IMG/VR virus record: IMGVR_UViG_3300049491_000716
Span: 16,305 to 80,304 of that record
DNA length: 64,000 bases
Source of the DNA: a virus
Reading direction: 5' to 3' (one strand)
Below are positions 36,521 through 46,628 of this stretch, piece by piece. The position numbers and the translations under genes are program-made. The notes beneath the pieces were generated by a model, which was not told the origin of the DNA, made no database searches, and saw only the letters and a program-made list of their open reading frames with translations. Position 1 is the first letter of the stretch. Each line of letters opens with the position of its first letter.

Positions 36521-37039
36521 ATGACTGTTGAAAATTCTCTCACAGCGGAACGTCTCCGCGAACTTCTTCACTACGACCCGGCCATCGGCGTCTTCAAGCG
36601 CATTCTTGAACTAAGTCGAAGGCGTCGCGACAAGGTCGGCAGCCTAACTTGGAACAAGTACCTGCTGATCTGTGTTGATGGTAAGCAGTACCGTGCTCAT
36701 CGATTGGCTTGGCTCTACATGACTGGATCTTGGCCAACCAGCGACATTGACCACAAGAATCGGATCAAGACGGACAACCGATGGACGAATCTTCGTCAGG
36801 CCACCAGAAAGCAAAACATGGAGAACACTGGCCTGCAGAAAAATAACAAATCAGGCATTTGTGGCGTGTATTGGGATACCAACCGAGAGCGATGGCACGC
36901 GATGATTCAACACAACAAAAGGATGATCCACATCGGACGGTTCGTGGCGTTTGAGGATGCAGTGAAGGCTCGCAAGGACGCTGAAAACCTCTACTTCACT
37001 CATCACTTGAAAGAGCCGACCACGCAAAACCAGATCTGA
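36521..37039 (+). CDS. HNH homing endonuclease with AP2 domain (antisense to the late operon)
   Basis: YRAHRLAWLY, IDHKNRIKTDNRWTNL, NNKSGICGVYW. Confidence 0.9.
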   Translation: MTVENSLTAERLRELLHYDPAIGVFKRILELSRRRRDKVGSLTWNKYLLICVDGKQYRAHRLAWLYMTGSWPTSDIDHKNRIKTDNRWTNLRQATRKQNMENTGLQKNNKSGICGVYWDTNRERWHAMIQHNKRMIHIGRFVAFEDAVKARKDAENLYFTHHLKEPTTQNQI

Positions 37040-37754
37040 ACTCGTCAAGGCTCCACTGCTGGTCGGCCAGTTGGTTCGCCCACTCGTGGCGGCCATCAGG
37101 CGTCGGCAGGTTTTCGATCTGCTCAAGCGTGCCGCTCATGGGTCGCGCTGAGCAATCATCCGATTCAACAACGACTGGTATGCCCGCCAGCAGCGCAGTG
37201 ACGGCTGCGGCTGACGACCAAGTGACCAGCGCATGTGCGCCGACCAAGTCTGCAGCCAGCGTTGCAGAGGACTTGCTCTTGTTTGCCGACCACGGCCGGA
37301 CACGGATCTCGCGGTCAGTGACCGTCTTGAGTCGCTGCAGCGTCTGTTCAGTCCAGTCAAATTCGACTCCAGCCAAGGTCTTCATGAAGTGGGCCGACTG
37401 GGGGCACACGACGATGTGGCTGCCGCTGCTGCGCCACGGCTTGATCTCAATGCCGAGCGCGGCAAAGCGCGTGCCGTCACTGGCGCCCTCGGCGATCGGC
37501 TGCAACATGTTCTTGGCGACGCGGAAGTAGGCTTCGCGAGCCGAGTCGAACAGGCTGCCGTCCGAGTAGAAGATGGTGCGTCCGTCTTGCGATCCCTGCC
37601 ACGCCTCCAGGTTGCCGGCCGTCACGCCGTAGAAGAACGATCCGCCTTCGCTGCGCAGCTTGTAGGCAATCTGGCCATTGCAACCACGGGCAAAGGCCAA
37701 GCAGATGTCGGCACTCTTCTGCTTGTGCGGAACCGGGTAGGCGGTCACGATCAC
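36996..37754 (-). CDS. Capsule_synth/KpsS-like GT-B domain protein
   Basis: IVVCPQ, IRVRP, ALVTWSSAAAVTALLAGIPVV. Confidence 0.6.
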   Translation of the reverse strand: MIVTAYPVPHKQKSADICLAFARGCNGQIAYKLRSEGGSFFYGVTAGNLEAWQGSQDGRTIFYSDGSLFDSAREAYFRVAKNMLQPIAEGASDGTRFAALGIEIKPWRSSGSHIVVCPQSAHFMKTLAGVEFDWTEQTLQRLKTVTDREIRVRPWSANKSKSSATLAADLVGAHALVTWSSAAAVTALLAGIPVVVESDDCSARPMSGTLEQIENLPTPDGRHEWANQLADQQWSLDEFRSGFAWSALSSDE

Positions 37755-38530
37755 GATGCCAACTTTCTCAGGATCCTGGCGAAAGGCTCGCCGCTCTCAA
37801 TGTCGGCCACGCTCCATTGTGCGTGGGCCATGCGCGAGAAGGCATCAAGCCGTGACTGATCGTCACGCTTCAACTCGGCCAGCCCGTCAGACCAGCGCGT
37901 CGCGGCGCCACCGCAGATCCAGTGCGGCGCCGAGTAGACCACCGGCACACCCTCGATCAGTGCCTTTACCCCGCTGGCGCTGCTCCACACGAAGCACGCC
38001 TCGCAGCCTGCCAGTTCGGTGTCAAGCGTCATCTTTGGCGGGAAGCGGCCCGGGTGGCGGCGAATGCGAACCTGAAGGCCCATTCCCCGCAGTTGCACCG
38101 TAGTGCGGTCTTCCCATCCGTGCGGGCTGGCCATCTCGGTGGAGCCGACGCCGCGCTGACCACATACCAAGACGTGCTTTCCCTTCTGCCAAGGCTTGAA
38201 GTTGATACCGAGAAGCGAGAGGCGGTCATCTTGTTCCACGGGGAACCAGCCGCTTCCGTTGTGGCCGCCGACGGCGATGGCATAGTTCGGCCGGCCTTCG
38301 CTGTCTTGGCCGTAGTAGCCGTTCTCGCACACCACCACGGTGCCGCCCTTCAGTTCCCAGTTGCGGGCCAACTCCTGTTCGGCACCCTGCCGATTCCAGA
38401 GGATGAGCATGTCGCGCTCGTCCTTCGGGTCACCGGCAACAGTGACGGCGTAGCCGAGGCGGCGGAGCCCGGCTTCGAATGCGTCGCGTCGGTATTCCGG
38501 CTTGAACCGGATATTGCAGAGAGCGATCAA
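37751..38530 (-). CDS. Capsule_synth/KpsS-like GT-B domain protein (paralog)
   Basis: CENGY, VLVCGQ, IRRHP, VWSSASGVKALIEGVPV, AQWS...GE. Confidence 0.6.
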   Translation of the reverse strand: MIALCNIRFKPEYRRDAFEAGLRRLGYAVTVAGDPKDERDMLILWNRQGAEQELARNWELKGGTVVVCENGYYGQDSEGRPNYAIAVGGHNGSGWFPVEQDDRLSLLGINFKPWQKGKHVLVCGQRGVGSTEMASPHGWEDRTTVQLRGMGLQVRIRRHPGRFPPKMTLDTELAGCEACFVWSSASGVKALIEGVPVVYSAPHWICGGAATRWSDGLAELKRDDQSRLDAFSRMAHAQWSVADIESGEPFARILRKLAS

Positions 38531-39270
38531 GCCAGGGCTTCCTTCAAGTCGGCGAGTCGGAAGCACGTCAGGCGCGTTGACCGCGTGCAGTTCACCACCT
38601 CCACGCCGGCCTTCTTGATGTCGTGCGCCAGCGGGTCAAATGCCTGAATCCAGAGTTCGAAGAGGTAGTTCGGGATGCCTGTCAGCGGCTTCGGGTGATC
38701 GCTGTGCCAGTGCTTGCCGTGCATGTCGAAGCCCAGCAGGATGATCTTCTTGGCGCCGGCCTGATACGCGAGGTTGATCGCCTGGTAACCGCCGTTGCGG
38801 CCTTGGTTGATCACGCCGGGCGTCTTGTTCAGGCCTGAACCCGGCCGGCTTTCGATGTGCTTGACGCCTTCGTGGGCGACATTCTTGTCTTGTGTCCAGA
38901 ACTCGGATTTGCTGACGCGGCGCGCTTCGCCGATGTACTGGTTCCACCACGGCGCATCGCATGCGTAGAGGACGTCCGCCCACGGCGCCAGCATGAAGGT
39001 GGTGTTGATCGCGATGACCCGGCGGCCGCCCGCGGCTTCTCGCCACTCGCGCACCAGCTCGCAGTCGGCCAATTTCAGGCTCTGCCCGCTGGCCAGAATC
39101 ACGACTGTGTCGCCGGCCCACTCGAGGCCGCGCCACGCGAAGCCGCCAAACGGGCGGGCTTCACCCGTCGCGATCATGGCTTCTGCCGTGGTCTGATCAG
39201 CCTCAAAGGTGGACCCTTCAAAGATGGTGCCGACGGCATGGCCGATCGGCTTCAGCGCGATCATCTTCAT
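38527..39270 (-). CDS. DUF115/MptE-like (Maf/GT-related) protein
   Basis: VVILASGQSL, VIAIN, ADVLYACD, GGYQAINLAY-GAKKIILLGFDM. Confidence 0.7.
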   Translation of the reverse strand: MKMIALKPIGHAVGTIFEGSTFEADQTTAEAMIATGEARPFGGFAWRGLEWAGDTVVILASGQSLKLADCELVREWREAAGGRRVIAINTTFMLAPWADVLYACDAPWWNQYIGEARRVSKSEFWTQDKNVAHEGVKHIESRPGSGLNKTPGVINQGRNGGYQAINLAYQAGAKKIILLGFDMHGKHWHSDHPKPLTGIPNYLFELWIQAFDPLAHDIKKAGVEVVNCTRSTRLTCFRLADLKEALA

Positions 39271-40940
39271 GTGTATCGGCGGTCTTGCCCGGGCAGGCCG
39301 CGCTCTCCCTTTTCGCCACGATCACCGTCTTTGCCGTCGCGGCCGTCGCTGCCCTTCTTCACGATCAACTGCCAATCGGCGGTCAGCGGCTTCTCACGTG
39401 TTCGGGTCTTGCAGTGATGCATCGAACCAGCCCATGTGACCTGATCACCAGGCAGGTATTCCTCGCCTTCGCGGAACACGCCCTTGTAAAGCGGCACCGG
39501 GATGTTGAAGGACTCGGCGGCGGCCGTCTTCCCGAATGCGGTGATGCTCTTGAACTCAAAGGATCTCGGGTCGGTTTCGCTTTGCACGAACACAGTCTTC
39601 ACAACCGGGTCAAGGATGATGTCCCAACCGGATTCCTCAACGCCGGCCGTGATCGGGTCCGTTGTGCGGATGGCGGTCATCAAGCCGCCGCGGTGCTTGG
39701 CAAAGGTGCCGCGGGCGTAGCTTCGGGTTTCGTCAATCGCCGGCAGGATGGTGATGTGCAGAGCATCGCGGCCCGGCGCGCCATCCTTGCCGTCGCGCGG
39801 CGCTGGCATGTCCTGAGCTGCCCGAGCCACCATCAAGCGAATCACGGCCGGGTCGGCATCGGCTCCTTTTTCGCCGTCCTTCCCGTCTCGGCCGTCCTTC
39901 GGCGTCGGGATCTCGGCAACCGCCTTTGCCACGAGTTCGGCGACGACAGCCGGGTCGACATCTTTGCCGGGGGCGCCAGGTTCTGCCGGCGGCAGCGACT
40001 TGACGTGTGCAGCCACGATCTCGGCAACCATCTGGACGCTGACATCCTTGCCGTCGGCACCGTTCGCCCCGTCTTTGCCGTCAACACCATCACGAGGCCG
40101 CGGGATCTGGTCAACCGCCTTCGCCACCAAGTCAATGATGACAGCCGGGTCAACGCTCTCGCCATCGCGGCCGTCTTTAGGAACCGGGATCTCATCCAAG
40201 AATTTGCTGACTTCAGCCAAAACATCCTTGGCGATTTCGGCGGGGTCTGCGTCTTTCCCGTTCGCGCCGTCCTTCGGCTTCGGCATGGCAGCCACGGCCT
40301 CAGCCACGCTGGCCTGCACCATGGCTGCCAGTTCTTCAGGATCCGGGCCTTCACCGTCACAGCCGTCGGCGCCGGGCGGGCCGACCAGCGAGTCCAGCCA
40401 TTCTGGCTCTGTGCCGACGAAGCCATTGGCCACAGCCAGTTCGTAGGCTGACTTGCCGTCGGCGCCGTTGATGCCATCCTTCGGGATCGGGATTTCATCC
40501 AAGAACTTGCTGACCTCAATCAGAACGTCCTTGGCAATCTCGGCGGCGTCGGCATCTTTGCCGTCCACCGCCTTCGGGAGAAGCGCGACGGCGCGCTGCA
40601 CGGCGGCATCGATGACGGCCGGGTCGGCGTCGCGACCATCGCTGCCGTCTTTGCCGTCCATGCCTTTCTCGCCGGGTTCGCCCTTGACCGACTCGCCGCG
40701 AAGAGACTTCAGCCATGCGGCCTGGTCGCCATCGAAACCGCAGGCCTTGGCAACCTCAAAGGCGCCGAGACCGTTCAAGCCGTCGGCGCCGTCCTTGCCG
40801 TCCTTGCCCGCCGGGATCTCGGCAAAGCGAGCCAGCAACGGCTCGATCGCCGTCTTGAGGCGACGATCGAACTCGACACCAACATAGCCTTTGACGGCCA
40901 GGAAGATGGAGTCCGAGAGTGCTTTGATGTCGCCCTTCAT
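39267..40940 (-). CDS. Portal-associated collagen-like head protein
   Basis: Gly-X-Y runs (GKDGKDGADG), repeated DPA/PKDG units; C-domain GRDAL...YKGVFREGEEY-PGDQVTWAGS. Confidence 0.7.
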   Translation of the reverse strand: MKGDIKALSDSIFLAVKGYVGVEFDRRLKTAIEPLLARFAEIPAGKDGKDGADGLNGLGAFEVAKACGFDGDQAAWLKSLRGESVKGEPGEKGMDGKDGSDGRDADPAVIDAAVQRAVALLPKAVDGKDADAAEIAKDVLIEVSKFLDEIPIPKDGINGADGKSAYELAVANGFVGTEPEWLDSLVGPPGADGCDGEGPDPEELAAMVQASVAEAVAAMPKPKDGANGKDADPAEIAKDVLAEVSKFLDEIPVPKDGRDGESVDPAVIIDLVAKAVDQIPRPRDGVDGKDGANGADGKDVSVQMVAEIVAAHVKSLPPAEPGAPGKDVDPAVVAELVAKAVAEIPTPKDGRDGKDGEKGADADPAVIRLMVARAAQDMPAPRDGKDGAPGRDALHITILPAIDETRSYARGTFAKHRGGLMTAIRTTDPITAGVEESGWDIILDPVVKTVFVQSETDPRSFEFKSITAFGKTAAAESFNIPVPLYKGVFREGEEYLPGDQVTWAGSMHHCKTRTREKPLTADWQLIVKKGSDGRDGKDGDRGEKGERGLPGQDRRYT

Positions 40941-40953
40941 GCTGTGCCCTTGT

Positions 40954-41265
40954 TCATGGTGTCACGACAACGACAGTTCGTTCGCAATCGGTCATGTCTG
41001 CTGCCACTCGCGTGGCCGCTCCGTCAACCGAATCGAATTCAACATGTTCGTGTCCAGTACCTTGGTTCGTGATTCGTGTCTTGCCGGCCGCCACTGCCGC
41101 CAGCAGGCGGAACAGTTGCGCCGCCGTGTACGGTGTTTCGATCACGGCATCCAAGTCGCTCGGGCTGAGCAACAGTGCTTCTGAGTTGGCTTGGGCTTCA
41201 ATGAGCCCTGCTTGGCTTGGGTAGCCGTTGTCGAGCGTGAAGCTCCAGATGCTTGATGCCGACAT
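40954..41265 (-). CDS. Stand-alone paralog of the repeat protein's C-terminal domain
   Basis: Aligns with the last ~105 aa of 41274-43820 (AVAAG-T, G-GH-HVEF, ERT-VV-TP). Confidence 0.7.
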   Translation of the reverse strand: MSASSIWSFTLDNGYPSQAGLIEAQANSEALLLSPSDLDAVIETPYTAAQLFRLLAAVAAGKTRITNQGTGHEHVEFDSVDGAATRVAADMTDCERTVVVVTP

Positions 41266-41273
41266 GTCTTTGC

Positions 41274-43820
41274 CTACGGTGTGATGACGACGTTCGTGCG
41301 TTCGCTGCCTGTCATTTCGGCGGCCACCACCACGTGGGTGTCGTCAATCGCGTTGAACTCAACGTGTGCGTGGCCGTTGCCCTGCGCTGCCACCGAAGTG
41401 CGGCCAGCCGCCACGGCGGTGATGATTTTCAGCATCTCGCCGGCCGTGTAGGCGCCCTCGATCACGGTGTCCCATGTCGCCGGGCGATCCAGCAGGGTCT
41501 GCAAGTTCGTCTGGATCTCAATCAGCGTGGCCTGCGCGGTCATGCCGTTCGTGAGAACGTAGTTCCAGACCTGTGCGGCGCTTGCCCCGCCTTGGCTGTC
41601 TTCTTGAGCGAACGGCGTGTAGCCAGCGAAGGCGATGCCGCCGGCGCCCGGCGCGCACACGATGTTGTTTGTGACAACGATCTGCGGGCCATAACCTGTG
41701 ACCTGAAGATCAGCGGCGCCGGGTCGCGCAATCTGCTGAACCAGCGCCGTCGGCGCCTGGCCGGCAATGATCAGTTGACCCTGCGCCGGTTGGGCAATGA
41801 CGCCCTGAACCGCCGCCGGCGCCAGCCCTGTGATGGCCAGACTCGCCGCTGCCGGCTGGCTCAGCGTGCCATCGGTCTGGATGCCGATCGGCGCGGCGCC
41901 CGTCAGGATCAGCGCGGCTGCCCCGACTTCGGCAATCGTGCTGTGTGTTTCGACTATCGTGGGCGTGCGGCCCGTAACGACAATCTGTCCGGCTGCAGGT
42001 TGCGCTGTCGTGCCGGTGCTGCTGACCGCGGTCGGTTGTTGACCTGTCAGCGTCAGCCCGCCGGCGCTAGGCTGTGCTGTCGTGCCATCGGTCTGCGCAA
42101 CAGCAGGTTGTTGACCCGTCAGCGTCAGCGCACCGGCCGCGGGTTGCGCTGTCGTGCTGTGAGTCTCTGCCGCTGTCGGCGTGAGCCCCGTGATCGCCAA
42201 GGCCGCGGCGCCAGGCTGCGCGACGGTGCCAGCCGAAGACACGGCTTGCGGAGCGGCTCCGGTGAGCACCAGCGCCGCGGCAGCCGGCTGCGCGATGACG
42301 CCATTCGTCTGCACCGCCGTCGGCGCCAGACCGGTCGTCGTGATCTGGCCGGCACCCGGCTGAGAGATCGTGCTCAGCGTGACAACCGCCGTCGGCGCCA
42401 ACGCAGTCAGCGTCAGCGCGCCGGCGGGCGGCTGAGCGTAGATGTTGTTGCCAGTGAAGGCGACGGGTTGCGCGCCGGCGAAGGCAAGGGCGCCAGAAGC
42501 CGGCTGAGCCACGGTGTTCGCCGTGGTAACCAGTGCCGGCGTCAGGCCGGTGATGACAAGCGCCGCGGCTCCGGGTTGCGCCGTGGTGCCGTTCGTTTGA
42601 ACTGCGGTCGGCGCGAGGCCTGTGATCTGCAGGGCTCCGGCGGAAGGCGCCGAGAACACGTTTGCCGTGGTCGACGCCGTGGGCGCCAGCCCCGTGAAGT
42701 TCAGCGTGCCCTGCGCCGGCGCAGAGATTCGGTTGTCAGAAAGTGCCGCAGTCGGCGCGGCGCCGGTCAAGATCAGCGAGCCAACACCCGGCGCCGGGAT
42801 GTAAGCTAGCAGCAATGAAGGCGCGAGCCCGCTGAGAGCCAGTGCCCGCACAGGCACAGAGACGACCGCGCCGGCAACGGCTACGGGCGCGAGGCCCGTG
42901 AGAGAAAGGACACCAACTGCAGGAGAAGCAACGGTGCCCGCAACCGCTACCGGCGCGGCGCCTGAAATCGTCAGCGTGCCCTGTGCCGGGCTGGCCACAA
43001 TGCCGGCACCCGTGCTCGGCGGCAGGCCGGTGAATGTGATGGCGCCGACACCCGGGCTGGCCACGACACCCGACAGCGCGCTCGGCGCCAAGCCAGTCAG
43101 GCTGAGTGAGCCGGCGCCCATCTGCGCGACGGCGCCCGCGATGGCGGTTGGCGTGAGGCCGGCAAGCGTCAGCGTTCCGGCGGCCGGCAGGTAGGCCGTT
43201 CCGTAGGCGGCAACTGGTGCCTGACCCGTGAAGGCCAGAGTGCCGGCGCTAGGCGAAACCACGGTGCCGGCAATCAGCGCCGGCGTCAGGCCGGTCAGCG
43301 TCAGCGTGCCCTGCGCGGGTTGCGCGGTAATGCCGGTGGTGACCACCAGCGTCGGCGTCAAACCGGTCAGGGCCAGACTGCCTTGCGCAGGCGTCGCCGT
43401 GCGATTGTCAGTCCAGACCGTCGTCGGCTGTTGGCCGGTCAGGCTCAGGGTGCCGACACCGGGCAGCGCGAAGTCCGCACGAACCGTTGTCGGCGCCAAA
43501 CCGGTCAAGGCAAGCGTGCCTTGCGCCGGATACACGATCGTGCCGGCAACGGCGACAGGCGTCAGGCCCGTGATCGCCAGAGTTCCCTGCGCCGGCGAGA
43601 TGACGGTGCCGGCAACAGCAACCGGTGTTTGCCCAGTGAGAGCCAGTGTGCCGGCGGCCGGCGAGATGTAGGCTGCGACCAGCGCAACCGGCGCCAGCCC
43701 CGTCAGTGCAAGTGATCCAGCGCCCGGCGTCGCATTGGTATTCGATCCGCCGCCTGTATTTCCACCGGGGATCTGAAACCCGTCGCTCTGGAATGCGCCG
43801 GGTTGAAACGCTGCGGTCAC
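41274..43820 (-). CDS. Thr/Ala/Gly/Pro-rich tandem repeat fiber protein
   Basis: About 31 repeats of 22-24 aa, consensus xPxxGxLxxTGxxPxxx. Confidence 0.8.
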   Translation of the reverse strand: MTAAFQPGAFQSDGFQIPGGNTGGGSNTNATPGAGSLALTGLAPVALVAAYISPAAGTLALTGQTPVAVAGTVISPAQGTLAITGLTPVAVAGTIVYPAQGTLALTGLAPTTVRADFALPGVGTLSLTGQQPTTVWTDNRTATPAQGSLALTGLTPTLVVTTGITAQPAQGTLTLTGLTPALIAGTVVSPSAGTLAFTGQAPVAAYGTAYLPAAGTLTLAGLTPTAIAGAVAQMGAGSLSLTGLAPSALSGVVASPGVGAITFTGLPPSTGAGIVASPAQGTLTISGAAPVAVAGTVASPAVGVLSLTGLAPVAVAGAVVSVPVRALALSGLAPSLLLAYIPAPGVGSLILTGAAPTAALSDNRISAPAQGTLNFTGLAPTASTTANVFSAPSAGALQITGLAPTAVQTNGTTAQPGAAALVITGLTPALVTTANTVAQPASGALAFAGAQPVAFTGNNIYAQPPAGALTLTALAPTAVVTLSTISQPGAGQITTTGLAPTAVQTNGVIAQPAAAALVLTGAAPQAVSSAGTVAQPGAAALAITGLTPTAAETHSTTAQPAAGALTLTGQQPAVAQTDGTTAQPSAGGLTLTGQQPTAVSSTGTTAQPAAGQIVVTGRTPTIVETHSTIAEVGAAALILTGAAPIGIQTDGTLSQPAAASLAITGLAPAAVQGVIAQPAQGQLIIAGQAPTALVQQIARPGAADLQVTGYGPQIVVTNNIVCAPGAGGIAFAGYTPFAQEDSQGGASAAQVWNYVLTNGMTAQATLIEIQTNLQTLLDRPATWDTVIEGAYTAGEMLKIITAVAAGRTSVAAQGNGHAHVEFNAIDDTHVVVAAEMTGSERTNVVITP

Positions 43821-43829
43821 GTCACTCCG

Positions 43830-44405
43830 TTACGGACGCTTGGAGAGCGTGACGATGAGGTCGCGCCATGCGTTGGTGTAGTGGTTCATGGCGAATTGTT
43901 TGTACTCGGCGTTGCGGACTTCAAGGGACTGATCCCAAGACGCTGCGATCGTGTGGTCGAAGTCGCACGTGAAGCCGGTGTGCGGCGCATTCGCGGCGCG
44001 CCATTCCTTGTGCAGGTAGAGCGGATACCACTGCGACATCGGCGGCCATTGGTGGGTCGGATCGCCGTAGGCGCAGGCATGCGACCAGTTCGGCGTGATG
44101 ATCAGGGCCTGCGTGCCGGGCTTCATGACGCGGTACAACTCGTTGAAGAACGACACGCGCTCGGCACCAGTCAGGTGTTCAACGAAGTGGCAACTTCGGG
44201 CTTCGTCGACCGAGTTGTCTTCCAGCCAAGTCAGGCCGTTTCGCACGTCGCGCACATGCTTCTGGCCGAAGTCGATGCTGTCGACGCCTTCCCAGCCTTC
44301 GGGAGTCGTCTTGCCGCAGCCGATGTCAATTCGGACGGCCGCCGCGGGTTCCGGAAGGGTCGGGTCGCTGAGTTCGACCGCGCGCATTACGCTGCCCTTT
44401 GCCAT
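43830..44405 (-). CDS. SAM-dependent methyltransferase
   Basis: IDIGCG...GWEGVD, HFVEHL, ELYRVMKPG, DPTH. Confidence 0.85.
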   Translation of the reverse strand: MAKGSVMRAVELSDPTLPEPAAAVRIDIGCGKTTPEGWEGVDSIDFGQKHVRDVRNGLTWLEDNSVDEARSCHFVEHLTGAERVSFFNELYRVMKPGTQALIITPNWSHACAYGDPTHQWPPMSQWYPLYLHKEWRAANAPHTGFTCDFDHTIAASWDQSLEVRNAEYKQFAMNHYTNAWRDLIVTLSKRP

Positions 44406-44448
44406 CTTTCTCTCCTTGGTTCATACACGTTTTTCGTGACCATCGAAC

Positions 44449-44454
44449 TATAAT
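44449..44454 (+). promoter_or_regulatory. -10 box for the antisense HNH gene (leaderless candidate)
   Basis: TATAAT ending 6 nt before the ATG at 44461; no SD sequence. Confidence 0.45.
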
Positions 44455-44460
44455 GTTGCG

Positions 44461-44943
44461 ATGGAATGGGGAAGGCATTACAGACACTCAATCGAAAGCG
44501 CCCGCGCTCGATTCATGTCCCGCATTGAAGTTGAACCGTCGGGTTGCTGGCGCTGGATGGGCGCGATCGGAAGCCATAAACGCTATGGGTCTGTTCACAT
44601 CGCCGGCAAGAGCTGGCTTGCGCATCGCGGCGCATGGTTCTTGTTCAAGGGAGATCCTGGCGCCTTGAATGTTTGCCATACCTGCGACAACGGGATGTGC
44701 GTCAATCCAGATCATCTGTTCCTTGGAACGCAATTGGACAATGTCCATGACATGGAAGCCAAGCAGCGGTCCAAGCATCCTTCTGGCGCGGCTCACGGCA
44801 GGTCAAAGTTAACTGCGACCGATGTCGAAGACATCCGCCGCTGCTGCACGACAGAGTCCATTCTGTCTATGGCTACCAGATTCAAGGTATCAAAACCAAC
44901 CATAGCCAGAATCGTGAAGGGTGTTGGCTGGGTCACCAAGTAG
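44461..44943 (+). CDS. HNH homing endonuclease (His-Cys box) with C-terminal HTH, antisense
   Basis: CWRWMG, AHRGAW, VCHTCDNGMCVNPDHLFLGTQLDN. Confidence 0.9.
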   Translation: MEWGRHYRHSIESARARFMSRIEVEPSGCWRWMGAIGSHKRYGSVHIAGKSWLAHRGAWFLFKGDPGALNVCHTCDNGMCVNPDHLFLGTQLDNVHDMEAKQRSKHPSGAAHGRSKLTATDVEDIRRCCTTESILSMATRFKVSKPTIARIVKGVGWVTK

Positions 44944-45658
44944 TGTCCGGGGGGCCAAATTTCCCTTCGAGATCAAAGTGTCCAATTTGCACGCCGCAGT
45001 CGATCGCGCAACGATAGCCATGCCGCTGAGCATCGGACCAGAAGTAGAGGTCTTGCGTGGCAATGCCTCCCTCGGTCTGAGTCTTAAACCATGGTCTTCG
45101 TAGGTCGCCATCTTTGAACATGTCAAGGCGCCACAGGTTGAATCCCATGCCGGTTCCCCAGCATTCGACCAACTGGCCGGCAATCGGCGGCTGCGGACGG
45201 AAATTCATCACGGGGTCGCGACGGTCCCCCCAAATTTGGGCTTGGCCGCCCTCGCCCTTCGTAAAATAAATTCCGCCGATGCAGTCGTATTCTGGGTGAG
45301 CCTCCATCTGCGCAAGCAGTTTGATGAGCCCATCCGGGGGAACGATCGAATCGTGCTCGATCGTCAAGATGTACTTGAACTTCGACAACTCTGGATGCGC
45401 GAGGATGGCTTCGATGGCGAGAGAGTATGCCTCTCCCACCTCGACGCCAATGGCCCACATGCGATGCAGCGCATTGTTCGGCGGCGAGTAGAGATTCATC
45501 CAACTGGCGACTGCCTTGGTAGGCACCGTGCCGCCGGCTGGGATGATGATGATCGTGTCCAGCTTCTTCCACGCCGACGTCTCTTTGACGCGAGCGATGG
45601 ATGCTTCGAGGTCTGCGTTGTGCTTGCCGTAGTCGACGGCGACGAACTGGGGACGCAT
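44933..45658 (-). CDS. GT-A (GT2-like) glycosyltransferase
   Basis: YILTIEHD, IGGIYF, CWGTGMGFNL, PWF...QDLYF. Confidence 0.7.
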   Translation of the reverse strand: MRPQFVAVDYGKHNADLEASIARVKETSAWKKLDTIIIIPAGGTVPTKAVASWMNLYSPPNNALHRMWAIGVEVGEAYSLAIEAILAHPELSKFKYILTIEHDSIVPPDGLIKLLAQMEAHPEYDCIGGIYFTKGEGGQAQIWGDRRDPVMNFRPQPPIAGQLVECWGTGMGFNLWRLDMFKDGDLRRPWFKTQTEGGIATQDLYFWSDAQRHGYRCAIDCGVQIGHFDLEGKFGPPDTTW

Positions 45659-45707
45659 GCTTAGGGATCTCCTAATTTGCTGGCAACAGGTAGTCTAGCG
45701 AAGCCCG

Positions 45708-46628
45708 TCAGGCGCGGGCCCAACCAAGAATCGCGCTTGGCAAGACGGTCAACAGCGCGCTTCCTGAAGACGTTGTTCCGACATCATCGGAGACATCGCA
45801 TGTGATCAAAGAGCCGTTGTCGCCAAACACCGTTGTTGGCGCATAGGTGCTGCTATCTGTTCCGACATTGCTGCCATCGTCTTTCCATTGATAGTGCAGG
45901 GCGCCAGTGCCGGTTGCAGAGACTGTGAATGTTGCAACCTGCCCGGCATATACAACCTGAGGGCTTGGATTGCCAGTTATCACCGGGCCAGCGGCCGGCA
46001 GTGAAACCACAAATCCACCGAAGCCAGCCGCCCCCGTACCTGTGAGCCTTGTAGCGGTGGCAGTCAGCGTGCCTGTTGCACCAGCCGATATGTTGTCTTG
46101 CGTCCAGCCGGTCAGGTTGGACCAGATGCCATCGGCAACGTCTTGGCGGCTCGTAAACCCAGAGAGCCCACTGAATCCCCAAGTGTCCGCGTTGGTGTTC
46201 TGGTCAAGGCCGCAGCCGTAGAACAGATCCGAACCTCCCGATGCAGTGACGCCTGTCAGCGCGCATGAAATGGGCGTTGCATTGGCGCTGATGTTGGTGG
46301 TGACTGCCACCACTGCTGTCGCTGCGTTATCTCGACCGGAAAAAGCAAATAGTTGCAAGATGCCTGAATTGGCCGCGACCGAAACAAATGCATAGGAATC
46401 TGAACCTGTGGCATCCTTCAGTTCGAACAGTTGAACCGTGTGCCCATCGGGGCCAGAAAGATCAGCGTTCCCGATCTGCGCCCATCCCGATGGCGGCGTA
46501 ATAACGCGGATCGTGTCTTGAACCAGAACCGCAAGCAATCGATCATGCGCGACAACGCCAGCCGGAGCCGTGCCAGTAAAAGCCGTCGTTCCGTTGAACG
46601 ATGTTGACGATGACGAGCGAAACGCCAT
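45708..46628 (-). CDS. Structural protein with a C-terminal Ig-like domain
   Basis: PVITGNP...ATFTVSATG...YQWK...TCDVS; S/T-rich N-domain. Confidence 0.7.
   Translation of the reverse strand: MAFRSSSSTSFNGTTAFTGTAPAGVVAHDRLLAVLVQDTIRVITPPSGWAQIGNADLSGPDGHTVQLFELKDATGSDSYAFVSVAANSGILQLFAFSGRDNAATAVVAVTTNISANATPISCALTGVTASGGSDLFYGCGLDQNTNADTWGFSGLSGFTSRQDVADGIWSNLTGWTQDNISAGATGTLTATATRLTGTGAAGFGGFVVSLPAAGPVITGNPSPQVVYAGQVATFTVSATGTGALHYQWKDDGSNVGTDSSTYAPTTVFGDNGSLITCDVSDDVGTTSSGSALLTVLPSAILGWARA

Noticed and set aside
33327-39270. DNA hypermodification or serotype-conversion role for the glycosyltransferases
   Set aside because: No base-hydroxymethylase, TET or GtrABC-type membrane genes seen, and the location is within the head operon; disfavoured but not excluded
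41274-43820. Nucleotide repeats as a DNA-level array
   Set aside because: They are degenerate codon-level repeats of an open protein frame
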